From NCBI GenBank assembly GCA_963668025.2, contig CAXXTH010000017.1:256001-320000 (forward strand): a stretch of 64,000 nucleotides of DNA, given 5' to 3'. Origin of the DNA: Candidatus Hydrogenedentota bacterium. GTDB taxonomy: Bacteria; Hydrogenedentota; Hydrogenedentia; Hydrogenedentales; SLHB01. The position numbers and the translations under genes were made by a program. Positions 50,577-61,444 of the stretch are shown here, piece after piece; positions within the stretch are counted from its first letter, which is position 1, and each line of letters starts with the position of its first letter. The notes below the pieces were generated by a model. The model was not told the origin of the DNA. It did not search any database and was given only the letters and a program-made list of their open reading frames with translations.

Positions 50577-50682
50577 GTGACCTCACTCTCCTTCTCTGGC
50601 GGCAATCTTGCGCAGCTTTCCCCAGCAAACTTAGCTCTTGATTCTCAGCACCTCATATAATGCCAGCGGAATTGCAGAAAGG

Positions 50683-52497
50683 TCAAGAATATTCCTGCCC
50701 ATCGGGCTTTGCTTTCTCTTTTCCTTCCCGGGAGGGCAGCAAAATCGTGAAAAGGGATCCCCGGCCAGGCTTGCTCTCGACGAGCACCTGGCCCTCGTGC
50801 GTCTGCGCGATATGCTTCACAATGGCGAGCCCAAGCCCTGTCCCCCCGAGCTGGCGGCTTCGCGCCTTGTCCACCCGGTAGAAACGCTCGAAAAGCCGGG
50901 GCAGGTGTTCGGGGGGTATGCCGCAGCCATGATCACGCACTTCGATGGCCACATCGCTCCCGCGCGCCTGCGCCGAAACTTCCACAATGCCCTTGGGTTC
51001 GCTGTATTTTATGGCGTTATCGAGCAAATTCACCACCGCCTGCTCCAGCAGCGGCGCGCTGATATACGCATGAAGCTCCTCGGGACACTGCATTTCGACG
51101 GCAATCTCCTTCGCAGCAGCGCTCGGCGCGCATAATTCGATGGCGGCCTTGAGGACGGCCTGTATTTTGCCATGCCGCATAACGACCTCAGCCTTTTCGG
51201 CCTCTTGTTCGACCCGCGATAAGGTGAGCAAGTCTTCAATAATGGCATTGAGCCGGTCGGCTTGCTTGCCCACGATCTCGAGGAAATGCATGGCTTCGCC
51301 CGCATCTTGGAGCGCCCCATCGAGCAGGGTCTCGACGAATCCCTTGATCGACGTGATGGGCGTGCGGAGTTCATGCGAGACATTCGCCACGAAATCGCGT
51401 CGAATCCGTTCGAGCCGCCGCAGCCGGGTGACATCGTTCAAGACGATGACCGCGCCGATATCCTTGCCTTGCGCATCCCGTAATACCGTGCCATGGGCTT
51501 GGAGCATTTGCTCGGCGGGATCGCTCAGCACGATCTCGCTCTCGACAGGGTGGGCATTGCTCAGGGCCTCGGCCACGAAGCGGTGCAAGGCGGGATTGCG
51601 GACCACTTCCTGGAGCCCGCGCCCGGCGGCTCCAAGGCTGTCAATTTTGAAAAGCTGGGCGGCTGCCTTGTTGAGGCTGATCACATTCTGTTCCGTATCG
51701 ACGGCCAGCACGCCTTCCACCATGCTCGATAAAACGGCTTCCTGTTCGCATCGCTGCTGGACTTCGTTGCGAATGCGTTCGTGAAGCTGCGCCGCCATTT
51801 CGTTGATAGCCTCGGCCAATGTGGCGGTTTCCATGGCGTCGGGAATAACAAGCCGGTTGCTGAAATCACCCCGGGCGAACCGTTCCGCGCCTTGTTTGAT
51901 CGTTTCCAGGGCGTGATTGACGCGCCGGGCAAGCAGCAGGCTGGCCGCTATCGTGAAAAGCACCGCCAGTGCGCCTCCAAACAGGATCCGAAGATTGATG
52001 CGCCAGAGCATTTGCTCGAGAGGCTCCATGGATGTGGAGATGCACACCACGCCCAGGATACGGCCATCCCCTTGGATTGGAACCGCGGCATAGAGCGTGG
52101 CGCTTTTCGCGCCCGGCTTGGAACGAAGTTCGGTATGGGCATGGCCTTTGAGCGCTTCCGCCACTTCGGCGCGGCTGGCCAGATTCTCTATTCTTTCCCG
52201 CTCGATGCCTGCTCCCGTAAAGACTTGCCCATCGGGCAGCATGAGCATAAGCTGCGAACCGTCTTCCAGGTGAAACCGTTGCAAGGCGTTCTGGACAGCC
52301 TCGATGCCGCCTGCCGATAAAGAACCGCGCACTTGGTCCGCGAAGAGGTTTCCCCACGTTTCAAGCTGGAGGCGCATTTGAGCTTGGTGAAAATCACGGA
52401 CGGTATGCGAGGTGAGCATCGCGATGAGCAATAGAACCAAGAACAAGGCGCTCAAACAGGCGGCGAGCAAACGCCAGATCAAAGGCTTTGGCCGCAT
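50683..52497 (-). CDS. phoR: HAMP-PAS sensor histidine kinase, PhoR-like
   Basis: Two TMs, HAMP, PAS, DFVANVSHELRTP, NLLDNAIKY, FERFYRVDKARSR..GGTGLGL. Confidence 0.85.
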   Translation of the reverse strand: MRPKPLIWRLLAACLSALFLVLLLIAMLTSHTVRDFHQAQMRLQLETWGNLFADQVRGSLSAGGIEAVQNALQRFHLEDGSQLMLMLPDGQVFTGAGIERERIENLASRAEVAEALKGHAHTELRSKPGAKSATLYAAVPIQGDGRILGVVCISTSMEPLEQMLWRINLRILFGGALAVLFTIAASLLLARRVNHALETIKQGAERFARGDFSNRLVIPDAMETATLAEAINEMAAQLHERIRNEVQQRCEQEAVLSSMVEGVLAVDTEQNVISLNKAAAQLFKIDSLGAAGRGLQEVVRNPALHRFVAEALSNAHPVESEIVLSDPAEQMLQAHGTVLRDAQGKDIGAVIVLNDVTRLRRLERIRRDFVANVSHELRTPITSIKGFVETLLDGALQDAGEAMHFLEIVGKQADRLNAIIEDLLTLSRVEQEAEKAEVVMRHGKIQAVLKAAIELCAPSAAAKEIAVEMQCPEELHAYISAPLLEQAVVNLLDNAIKYSEPKGIVEVSAQARGSDVAIEVRDHGCGIPPEHLPRLFERFYRVDKARSRQLGGTGLGLAIVKHIAQTHEGQVLVESKPGRGSLFTILLPSREGKEKAKPDGQEYS

Positions 52498-52503
52498 GCG
52501 CCG

Positions 52504-53190
52504 TTACTCCTTAAATCGGTAGCCGACGCCTCTGACCGTCTCGACATAATCACCCGCATGCCCCAGTTTTTTCCGAAGCCCCGCGATTTGCACGTCAACG
52601 GACCGCTCGGTCACGGGATAATCCACGCCATGCACCGCATCCACGATTTGGTAGCGGGTGAAAACCCAGCCAGGCCGCCGCGCCAAGAAATGCAGGACGC
52701 GAAATTCCGTGTAGGTTAGCTCAATGGCGCTGCCGGACAACAGCACCTCATGGCGTCCAGGGTGAATGACCAAGTCATGCACCGTGATGGTGTCGTTCTC
52801 GCCGATGATAGCGCCTTCCCGCCGCCGCAGCACCGCCCGCGCCCGCGCCACCAGCACCCGGGGGCTGAACGGTTTGGTGATGTAGTCGTCCGCGCCTAAT
52901 TCGAGGCCGGTGACGACATCGGATTCTTCGCCCTTGGCTGTCACCATGACAACAGGAATTTTATCGGTCCGTGTGTCTTGTTTGAGCCGCCTGCATACCT
53001 CCAGGCCATCTAAACCCGGCAGCATGAGGTCGAGCAAGATGAGGCCAGGCTCTTCGTCGAACGCCTTTTTAAGCCCTTCTTCGCCTGTAGACGCTCCCGA
53101 TACTTCGAATCCTTCTTTCGCCAGGTTATAAACGATGAGTTTGAGGATATCCTCTTCATCTTCCACGACCAATACCGTATTTTTCGCCAT
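52504..53190 (-). CDS. phoB: OmpR-family response regulator, PhoB/PhoP-like
   Basis: VEDE, LDLMLPG, GADDYITKPF, RSVDVQI..LRKKL, TVRGVGYRF. Confidence 0.8.
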   Translation of the reverse strand: MAKNTVLVVEDEEDILKLIVYNLAKEGFEVSGASTGEEGLKKAFDEEPGLILLDLMLPGLDGLEVCRRLKQDTRTDKIPVVMVTAKGEESDVVTGLELGADDYITKPFSPRVLVARARAVLRRREGAIIGENDTITVHDLVIHPGRHEVLLSGSAIELTYTEFRVLHFLARRPGWVFTRYQIVDAVHGVDYPVTERSVDVQIAGLRKKLGHAGDYVETVRGVGYRFKE

Positions 53191-53416
53191 GTTCCATCTC
53201 CAGAAGCTTTCATAAGCCCGGGATGATATACCACAACTTTGTTAGCGGAAGGTTAAATTTTGCCTAGTTTATGTGCGGGGCGTTTGTGAATAATTTTAGC
53301 ACGCTGGCACCGTGGCATAAACCAGGCAACTCGTTTAATTGAATGCTCAACATTTTTCGTCCAAAATACACTACCTTGTATACACTAGAATATACATCCT
53401 ATTTGGAGAATACATC

Positions 53417-54076
53417 ATGACGGAAAACTCGGAACTCATGACCATCGAAGAGGTGGCGAAGTATCTGCGTGTATCCGAACGTACGGTATATGATTGGGCG
53501 CAGGAAAAAGAAATCCCATGCGGCAAACTGGGAACGGTGTGGCGGTTTCGGCGTTCTGAAATCGAACAGTGGGTGAACTCCCGGCTGGGAAATGCAAGCC
53601 GGACCCCAGATTTCAGCGGGATAAACTTGCGCGTTGTCCTCGAATCCGCTCGGGTGCTGCAACTTGCCTGCACGCACAAAGTGGAAGCCCTAGATGCGCT
53701 TATCGGCGTGCTGGCCACGGCGCCGGGCGTGAAAGATAAAAAAGCCCTGGCCGAAGGCGTCTATTATCGGGAAAAACTCATGAGCACCGGCATAGGCATG
53801 GGTATCGCCGTTCCACATGTGCGGCTGGATTCCATTGATCATATCGTCATGGCCGCGGCTTCATGCCAGAATCCCATTACCGACTATGAGAGCTTAGACA
53901 ACCAACCGGTTCGCCTCATTTTCATGATCGCCGCAGGGAAAAATCAGCATGCCCAGCACATTAAGGTATTGGCAGCCATCAGCTCGCGCCTAAAACAATC
54001 CGCACTGCAGGAATCCCTCCTCCTTGCGCCGGATGGCGCGGCATTCGTTGACATACTTGCGGGTAGGGAAGGCTAA
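53417..54076 (+). CDS. Excisionase-type HTH fused to a PTS EIIA (Ntr/fructose type) domain
   Basis: MTIEEVAKYLRVSERTVYDW..IPCGK..WRF; REKLMSTGIGMGIAVPH (phospho-His). Confidence 0.9.
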   Translation: MTENSELMTIEEVAKYLRVSERTVYDWAQEKEIPCGKLGTVWRFRRSEIEQWVNSRLGNASRTPDFSGINLRVVLESARVLQLACTHKVEALDALIGVLATAPGVKDKKALAEGVYYREKLMSTGIGMGIAVPHVRLDSIDHIVMAAASCQNPITDYESLDNQPVRLIFMIAAGKNQHAQHIKVLAAISSRLKQSALQESLLLAPDGAAFVDILAGREG

Positions 54077-54080
54077 GATT

Positions 54081-55769
54081 ATGCAAGGCATCAGTTTGGG
54101 AGTGCTCTTTGTTATTGGCTTGGGCATTTTTGGAGGAGTCATCGGGGCGTGGATCTTCCAAAGGCTGCGCATTCCGCAAGTTGTTGGCTATATCGCCGTG
54201 GGATTGATTATCGGCGAAACCGGCTTTCATTTCGTCACCCAAGAAGATGTGCGCATGTTGCGCCCTTTCAGCCTATTCGCGCTCGGCATCATCGGCTTCC
54301 TGGTCGGCGGCGAACTTAAACTGGCCGAATTTCGTAAATATGCGCGCCAATTTGCCGCCATGTTGCTCGGGGAAGGCGTTGCGGCTTTCAGTCTAGTGGG
54401 CGTCATGACCGGCCTTGTGGCGTACACCGCCGTTCATGATGTCGCTACCGCCGTGGCGATAGGGGTCGTTTTCGGCGCTATCGCTTCGGCGACGGACCCG
54501 GCGTCGACCATTGATGTATTGTGGGAATACCGGGCGCGCGGCGTGCTGACGACCTCCATTACGGCCATTGTCGCGCTTGATGACGCCTTAGCAATGATGC
54601 TGTACGGTCTTGGCACCAGCCTGGCGCAATTATTGACTACGGGGTCCGGTTCGATTGCAGGTGAAATGGCCAAAGTGTCAATGGAGCTGTTAGGGGCTGG
54701 CGTCTTGGGTTTCGCATTGGCGATGCTGCTGGTTGGTGTGTTACGTGTGCTGCATGAACCGGAAAAGACGGTTTCCATGGCGGTAGGGGTCATTTTATTA
54801 TCCATCTGCATCGCCCAGGCGTTTGATATGGATGTCATTCTAGTTACGATGACCCTCGGGTTCACGCTGGTGAACATGGCTCCGCGCCGCAGCATGGAGC
54901 TGTTCCGGCTCATGCGGAGTTTTTCGACTCCGATATATGTGCTCTTTTTCGTGCTGGTGGGTGCGCGGCTCAGCCTGGCCAGGATGCCTGGCTGGCTTCT
55001 TTTAATCGTATTCCTGTATGTCATCGGCCGTAGCGTGGGTAAAATGGGAGGAGCGTATTGGGGAGCCCGGCTCACGGGGAGTGAAGCCTCGGTGCGGAAA
55101 TATCTGGGCATGGGGCTCTTTGCGCAAGGCGGTGTGGCGGTCGGCCTCTCCATCATGGCCAGCCAGCGCTTGGGCAATATACAAGTAAATGACGATTTGG
55201 CGTTAGGCGATGTGGTGATTTTCACCGTGGCTGCCACCACGCTCATTGTGCAGATCATTGGGCCGCCCATGGTGAAACTCGCCATTAAGCTGGGAGGCGA
55301 AATCGGCCGCAATGTGACGGAAGAAGATGTCATAGCTTCATGGACGGTCGCTGATGTCATGGATACGGATATCGAACCCATCAATGAGGGAATGCCTCTT
55401 CGCCGCGTCATACAAGTTTTCGTGGACAATGTCTATACCACCTACCCCGTGGTGAATCTAGGAAATCAGACCGTGGGAACCGTGTCATTAGAAGGCCTCA
55501 AGGATGTTATCGCGGAACAAGACACTTGGGAATGGCTCCTCGTATCTGATATCATGCAGCCACTACAAGATAAGGCTTCTCCGAAGCAGCCATTAATCGA
55601 GGCGCTTATTCAGATGCGAGAATTGCAGATAGATGAGATGCCTGTGGTAGCCGACGACAGCGGGGGTTCGCCCGCTGGCATGTTGAATCAAATCCGCATC
55701 CGCAAGCGCCTGAGCGAAGAGCTCGTCCGCCGTCAACAACCCGAAAGGTTCTCCATCGTTTCCGCGTAG
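54081..55769 (+). CDS. Cation:proton antiporter with C-terminal CBS pair
   Basis: Many TMs, SATDPAST, VALDDA, QGGVAVGL; TVADVM and VSDIM CBS motifs. Confidence 0.88.
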   Translation: MQGISLGVLFVIGLGIFGGVIGAWIFQRLRIPQVVGYIAVGLIIGETGFHFVTQEDVRMLRPFSLFALGIIGFLVGGELKLAEFRKYARQFAAMLLGEGVAAFSLVGVMTGLVAYTAVHDVATAVAIGVVFGAIASATDPASTIDVLWEYRARGVLTTSITAIVALDDALAMMLYGLGTSLAQLLTTGSGSIAGEMAKVSMELLGAGVLGFALAMLLVGVLRVLHEPEKTVSMAVGVILLSICIAQAFDMDVILVTMTLGFTLVNMAPRRSMELFRLMRSFSTPIYVLFFVLVGARLSLARMPGWLLLIVFLYVIGRSVGKMGGAYWGARLTGSEASVRKYLGMGLFAQGGVAVGLSIMASQRLGNIQVNDDLALGDVVIFTVAATTLIVQIIGPPMVKLAIKLGGEIGRNVTEEDVIASWTVADVMDTDIEPINEGMPLRRVIQVFVDNVYTTYPVVNLGNQTVGTVSLEGLKDVIAEQDTWEWLLVSDIMQPLQDKASPKQPLIEALIQMRELQIDEMPVVADDSGGSPAGMLNQIRIRKRLSEELVRRQQPERFSIVSA

Positions 55770-55954
55770 CTGCCGCTGAGCAGTTTACATGGGACCGGTT
55801 TTTTACAGGCGTCGCAAATGCCTTGGCCAGGAAGAACTTTTTCAAGCCCTATATGTTACTATAACCATTATAGAATACGTGAGACCAAGTGCAGCGCCGC
55901 CCCCTGTCCTGCACTGCTTTTTTGCAGCAGTCACAACATGGAGGAGACTACGCC

Positions 55955-58771
55955 ATGGCCAAGAAAACTGTGCATATCGTGCCGTATACCCATTGGGATC
56001 GAGAGTATCAATGGGAATTCGAGCGCACCCGAATGCGCCTTGTGGACTGCATCGACCATCTTCTCGACCTCATGGAAGAAGAACCCGAATTCAAATCTTT
56101 TCTGCTGGATGGCCAGTTTTCCCTGATCGAGGATTATCTCGAGATCCGGCCCGAGCGCAAGGATGCCCTCGTCCAACTCGTCAAAGAAGGCCGCCTCGAG
56201 ATCGGCCCGTGGTATACGTTGCCGGATTGTGTGCCTGTCCATTGTGAAACGGTTGTGCGCAATCTCATGTATGGTTTTCGCAAATCCGAAGATTTCGGCG
56301 GCGCCATGCGCGTGGGGTATAGCGTGTACTCATTCGGCCAAATCGCCCAGATGCCTCAGATTTATGCCCATTTCGGAATAGATACGGTTTTATTCCATAA
56401 GAATGTAGACCCCAGCCGTACGAAATACCATGAGTTCATCTGGGAAGCCCCCGACGGCACCCGCGCCCTCGCGACGCGCTTGGGGCCGCTGGCCCGCTGG
56501 AATTTTTTCTATGAAGGGCATATCCCCATCGTGTATGACCGCGAGCCCGAACACACCGATTGGCAATACCGTTGGGGCGATGGCTTAGGCAAAGTGTTTC
56601 ATACGGCGAATCCGGATGATTATGGCTGGTGTTATGAGATCCTCGATCCGGAGGCTTCCTTCCACCCCATGCGCATAAAAGAAGCCATGGCGCGCGCGCT
56701 GCAAACGACGGAAGGCACGGCGTGCCCTGAAGATGTGCTCCTATTCGATGGCATTGATGGCGCGGAGCCGCATCCGTTGACGCCGCAGATTTACGCGGAA
56801 ATCCAGCGACAGTATGTGGACGAACTCGACATTGTCCACGGCACGCTCACGGAGTATGTGGCGAAGCTCAAGGCATCCTTAGCCGGCCGGGAAGACCTGG
56901 ATGTGCTCGAGGGCGCTATGCGTGATGGCCCTACCGGCGCCGCGCACGGCGATATTATGACGGTTCATCCCGAGATATTGAACGCCAGCGGTTTGGCGGA
57001 AAAAGCGCTGATGCAATATGCGGAGCGTTTATCGGCGCTGGCGTGGCTGCAAGGCATCGCAGAGTATCCCACCACCTATCTCGATAAAGCATGGAAACTC
57101 CTGTTCCAGTCGCAAGCCCATGATTCGCTTCATGGGCTGGGTCCGGCTACACTCGTCGAGGGCCAGCTTGCCCGCCTAGATCAGGTGTGCGCGACGTCCC
57201 GGGGGCTTGAACACCGCGCGTTGCAAAGCATCACCAAAGAGATCAACACCAGCAAAATCAAAAGCGCCGAGTTTTTTCTAGCGGTGTTTAACACAACGAG
57301 TTTTGAACGAACGGAAATTGCTGAAGCCTATGTCGATTTACCTGCGGACGTGCGCCTGGATTATCTCATCATCGAAGATATGGATGGGAAGCGCATGCCC
57401 GTACAAGAAATGGAGCGCATCGAGGGCCATGCGGGCGTCCGCCACCCCCACAGCCGCAACATGCCGTATCATTCCACCAAGGCGCACCTCTTTTTCTTGG
57501 CGGCAGGCATTCCCGCCATGGGCTACAAAACCTATACGCTCAAATGGGCCGTGAAGCCAGATTCTTCCCATTCCCACGAGGAATGGGAGTCACCGCGTAT
57601 TCCAGCCGACAGCTTGCTCACAGGCCCCTATCAGGCCGAAAACGAAGTGGTGCGCCTTTCCATCAATCCGGATGGCACTTTCGATGTGATGGATAAAGAG
57701 ACGCATTGTTTATACCGCAATCTGAACTATTTCATGGATGAGGCCGAGACAGGCAGCATGTGGGTGTCTAAAACACCCGCGAATTGCCAGCGGGTATACA
57801 GCTTGGGCAAGCCCGCTGATATCTCCGTGGCGTTTCAGGGGCCTCTTGCGGCGGCATTTGATATTCGCACGGCCCTTTGCCTGCCCGCTGAATATGACGG
57901 ACGGACTAACCAACGTTCCGAATACCGTAAAGAGATGCCTATATCGCTGCGGGTCACGATATGGAAAACCTCGCCGCTCGTGGGCGTCGAGTTGAAGGTG
58001 GACAATACGATCAAAGACCACTATCTGCGGATTTGTTTCCCCACGGAGATCAAGTCAGAGCGCACCTGGGCTGAGGAGGGCTTCACCGTGACGAACTATC
58101 CCGTCAAGCCCAGCCGCGACGGCGAATTGCGGGGCAAGGAGCTTGCGCGCCATCCCGCCCAGCTCTGGTTCGATTTATGGGATGGCGAACGAGGACTGGC
58201 CATCCTCACGGAAACCGCCAAGGATTATGAGATCGCCGAACATGACATTCCCGGCGTCATGGCCATGGGCATACTGCGCGGCGTGCGACTGCGCTTCCCT
58301 TGCGATGAGCATATACAGATGGAATATCCTGGCGATGAAAGCGCCCAGGCGCTCGGTATGCACACGCTGCGCTATGCGGTCATGCCTCACAGTCAGCGAT
58401 GGGACCACGCGGGTTTGTCCCGGCGCGCGCAAACATACCGGGTGCCTGTCCGTGTCTGCCAATTCGGCCGCCAAGAGGGCGCGCTTCCTGTAAAAAAGAG
58501 TTTTCTCGCTATTGAAGATGCGAATTTGATTCTTGCCGCCTTCAAAAAAGCCGAGGACCGCGATTCGATCATCGTGCGGTTTGTCAACGCGACTGGCGCG
58601 GAAAAAACGGTCAAATTAAAAGTGGGATTTCCCGTCGAGGAAGCCTACGAAGCCAGTTTAAATGAAGAACGCCTCAAACCGCTGCCCTGTGAGAATGGTG
58701 AAGTGAGTGTCACTGCGGGCAAAGGCAAGATCATGACCATCGAGTTTGTGCCGGCCAGAGAGGCGAATTGA
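55955..58771 (+). CDS. GH38 alpha-mannosidase / MngB-like hydrolase
   Basis: THWDREY, FLLDGQ, IGPWY, EFIWEAPDG, QAHDS, FKKAED; nucleophile position reads VYSFG. Confidence 0.85.
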   Translation: MAKKTVHIVPYTHWDREYQWEFERTRMRLVDCIDHLLDLMEEEPEFKSFLLDGQFSLIEDYLEIRPERKDALVQLVKEGRLEIGPWYTLPDCVPVHCETVVRNLMYGFRKSEDFGGAMRVGYSVYSFGQIAQMPQIYAHFGIDTVLFHKNVDPSRTKYHEFIWEAPDGTRALATRLGPLARWNFFYEGHIPIVYDREPEHTDWQYRWGDGLGKVFHTANPDDYGWCYEILDPEASFHPMRIKEAMARALQTTEGTACPEDVLLFDGIDGAEPHPLTPQIYAEIQRQYVDELDIVHGTLTEYVAKLKASLAGREDLDVLEGAMRDGPTGAAHGDIMTVHPEILNASGLAEKALMQYAERLSALAWLQGIAEYPTTYLDKAWKLLFQSQAHDSLHGLGPATLVEGQLARLDQVCATSRGLEHRALQSITKEINTSKIKSAEFFLAVFNTTSFERTEIAEAYVDLPADVRLDYLIIEDMDGKRMPVQEMERIEGHAGVRHPHSRNMPYHSTKAHLFFLAAGIPAMGYKTYTLKWAVKPDSSHSHEEWESPRIPADSLLTGPYQAENEVVRLSINPDGTFDVMDKETHCLYRNLNYFMDEAETGSMWVSKTPANCQRVYSLGKPADISVAFQGPLAAAFDIRTALCLPAEYDGRTNQRSEYRKEMPISLRVTIWKTSPLVGVELKVDNTIKDHYLRICFPTEIKSERTWAEEGFTVTNYPVKPSRDGELRGKELARHPAQLWFDLWDGERGLAILTETAKDYEIAEHDIPGVMAMGILRGVRLRFPCDEHIQMEYPGDESAQALGMHTLRYAVMPHSQRWDHAGLSRRAQTYRVPVRVCQFGRQEGALPVKKSFLAIEDANLILAAFKKAEDRDSIIVRFVNATGAEKTVKLKVGFPVEEAYEASLNEERLKPLPCENGEVSVTAGKGKIMTIEFVPAREAN

Positions 58772-58836
58772 CCAATAGGCTGAAATTGTTTTTGTTGGCT
58801 ACAAAACACATGGAGCAGCGCAGCCGAATAGTTCAT

Positions 58837-60867
58837 TTACGAAGCGGGCGGGTCTTGCACGAACGAGGGCCAGGGGCCTACGGCGTAAATGCGGTAGATG
58901 CGCCCCATTGATTCCCTCGCCGAGGCGGCTTGTTCGAGCGTTTGGGCGTCAAACTCGATATCGTCGTGAATGACATAACGGATGCCGCGCCGGGCGAGGA
59001 AATCGGCCAGCGCGAAGGGGTTTGACGCCGTTTCCGTAGAGATGAAATAAATGGGCCGGACACCTATCGGCTGGCATAATTGCCCCATGAATAAAATAGT
59101 CTTGCTGTTATGGCAGCTCACCAAGGCGACGGGCATAGGGTGGGCGATGGCATCACGAAAAAGAATTCCGCTGCTCTCGGGGAAAATATAGCCAGCAGGA
59201 TCATACCAAATGAAGGAGCGCGCCGCGGCGCGCGGATGCGAGGCGAAATCGGGCCGCATATGCGGAGCGATATAACAAGAAGTGGATGCGAAGAATAGGG
59301 CGTATGCCGCTTCGAACAAGGCGATGCCTACGCATCCGAAGAGCCAAATCGCCAAAACGGGCGTGATTCTCCCCAGTTTCACCTCACGCAAATAATGAAA
59401 CGCCCATGCGAAGACCGGAAGGCCCAAACCATGCAGCCATAACGTATGGCGGGGGGAACTGTTTCCTGGCCTTAACAGGAAAACGAAAATCGACAGGGCG
59501 ATCAGAAACCACAACGCCGGAAGGCGGTCAGCGTCACAGAAAGGTACAGCGCCTGGTTTGCGGCGGTTTCCTATGGCTAAAGCGGCCCATGTGCATAATC
59601 CCAAGACGCCCCCACACAACCATGTGAATCCTAGGCCGCCTTCACGCGAATCATACTTTTGGATGGACTCGGGCCAGTTTCCAAGGCCTTGCAGCCACAC
59701 ATAGGGCGCATGCAGCATGCGGGGCATATCGTCCACTCCCGCGGCGATTGCGGTTTTGCGCACGGCCTCGTTCAACTCGGCATACGAGGGGCCAGGCAGC
59801 ACTTGCGACGAGCCAACCGACAGGCCTATCGGATACACCGGATTTCCGGTATGAGTAAAATTGCGTATGCTCCAATAACACCCAACGCATCCGCCAATGA
59901 GCAGCGTGCAGCCAAGCCATGCCCCAGAACGCTTCAGGAAGGCTTTTCGGATTGCAGGCAAAGACGCTGCGGTCCGCAGGCATCGCAGCATTAAGAGCAT
60001 TGCGCCAAGCGGGGCGAACGCATATCCCGTTATTTTCACGGATAGCGCCAGCCCAAAGGCGCATCCCAGCGGAATGGCTAGCCGCCAGGGGATGGAGCCG
60101 CGTGACAGCATGGCGCAGGCTATCGCGCCCAGCGACATATACGATATGAATAGGGAAGCCGTCGAGGAATCCACATATGCCGTCACGCCTTGCGCCACAT
60201 TCACGGGCGCTAGGATATAGAGGCAGGCTACGATCGAGGAAAGCGGCCTATCCGCTCCGAAAAAACGGGCCAGACAATACACCGCCAGCGCACCCATGGG
60301 CAGAAAAAGCAGATTCAATGCGTTATCGAGTTCTTTCAGCCCGGTGGCTTGAAGGAATAAAAAATGGACCACATGCGCGCATTTCGGAGTGGCGTTCCAC
60401 GCGCTGTTGATCCGTTCAGTCCATTCGGAAGCGCCTGGCGTGATCCAATGGACATATCCTTTCAACATCCAGAAATGGATCGTGGGGATATGGCAGCCGT
60501 TGCCGTCCCAGGTGAGATCGGGCTTTATCCAAGCCACGGCCCATTGGCAGGCATATATGGCAAAGGCCAGCAAAGCCAGAATCACGGCAAGTGCGTATAT
60601 AAGCCTATTTTTAGAGCCGCCCGGCAAAGGCGGCCCTCCCCGGAGCATCCATGCGCATCCCAGCGCGGGCGCAAAGCCCAGCAAAAGCAGCAGGATGGCG
60701 CGCCCTTGGGTGATCGGCGCATGCAGGACGCTGAGCGCCAAGGCCGCCAGCACGATGAATCCGAGATACGCCGTCCATGCCGCCAGCAACCGCAAGGAAC
60801 GGCTGCGCCGGATAAACTCCTCCGGGACAACGAGGATCCTCGGAACACTAGATTCGCCTGCGATCAT
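58837..60867 (-). CDS. Polytopic membrane protein, GT-C / glycosyltransferase 39-like
   Basis: Many TMs; WDG..CHIP loop, AYVD, LALSVK..G, W.IRNF.HTGNPVYP. Confidence 0.6.
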   Translation of the reverse strand: MIAGESSVPRILVVPEEFIRRSRSLRLLAAWTAYLGFIVLAALALSVLHAPITQGRAILLLLLGFAPALGCAWMLRGGPPLPGGSKNRLIYALAVILALLAFAIYACQWAVAWIKPDLTWDGNGCHIPTIHFWMLKGYVHWITPGASEWTERINSAWNATPKCAHVVHFLFLQATGLKELDNALNLLFLPMGALAVYCLARFFGADRPLSSIVACLYILAPVNVAQGVTAYVDSSTASLFISYMSLGAIACAMLSRGSIPWRLAIPLGCAFGLALSVKITGYAFAPLGAMLLMLRCLRTAASLPAIRKAFLKRSGAWLGCTLLIGGCVGCYWSIRNFTHTGNPVYPIGLSVGSSQVLPGPSYAELNEAVRKTAIAAGVDDMPRMLHAPYVWLQGLGNWPESIQKYDSREGGLGFTWLCGGVLGLCTWAALAIGNRRKPGAVPFCDADRLPALWFLIALSIFVFLLRPGNSSPRHTLWLHGLGLPVFAWAFHYLREVKLGRITPVLAIWLFGCVGIALFEAAYALFFASTSCYIAPHMRPDFASHPRAAARSFIWYDPAGYIFPESSGILFRDAIAHPMPVALVSCHNSKTILFMGQLCQPIGVRPIYFISTETASNPFALADFLARRGIRYVIHDDIEFDAQTLEQAASARESMGRIYRIYAVGPWPSFVQDPPAS

Positions 60868-60961
60868 CCAACTACCTTTGTAATAAATTCAATCTGAATA
60901 ACACCTTAGCCACTTAAAGCAAGGGCGGCTCTTTTAGACATGCCACGCGGTGAAGCTACGC

Positions 60962-61444
60962 CTATTCCTCCAAAAACGTGTTTTTCTGGCGTTCGCGGAT
61001 GGCGCGAAAAAAGGACGTGAGCAGCGCGCCGCATTCTTCCGCCATGACGCCCGGCATGACGGCAGGCGAATGGTTAAACCGCGTGTCGGACAACAGGTTC
61101 ATAAGCGTGCCGCAGACGCCCGCTTTCGGGTCGGGCGCGCCGAAATACACCTCGGGGATGCGCGCCAGGATGATCGCCCCGGCGCACATTGGACATGGCT
61201 CGAGCGTCACGTAAAGCCGCGTCTGCTCGAGCCGCCAGCTTCCCAATTTCGCCGACGCCTGGGTGATGGCCAGGATCTCCGCGTGGGCCGTGGGATCTTG
61301 CAGCGTCTCACGCTGGTTGTGGGCCTTGCCGATGATCTCGTTCTCATAAGTAATCACGCAGCCCACGGGCACTTCCCCCACATCCCGGGCGCGGATGGCC
61401 TCGCGTATGGCGGCTTCCATGAATCTATTGTGGTCATCTTGCAT
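60962..61444 (-). CDS. tadA: tRNA adenosine(34) deaminase
   Basis: GEVPVG, DPTAHAEI, YVTLEPCPMCAGA, DPKAG. Confidence 0.95.
   Translation of the reverse strand: MQDDHNRFMEAAIREAIRARDVGEVPVGCVITYENEIIGKAHNQRETLQDPTAHAEILAITQASAKLGSWRLEQTRLYVTLEPCPMCAGAIILARIPEVYFGAPDPKAGVCGTLMNLLSDTRFNHSPAVMPGVMAEECGALLTSFFRAIRERQKNTFLEE

Noticed and set aside
53417-53600. Excisionase indicating an integrative element
   Set aside because: The HTH is fused in frame to PTS EIIA, a known regulator architecture, and no integrase is nearby
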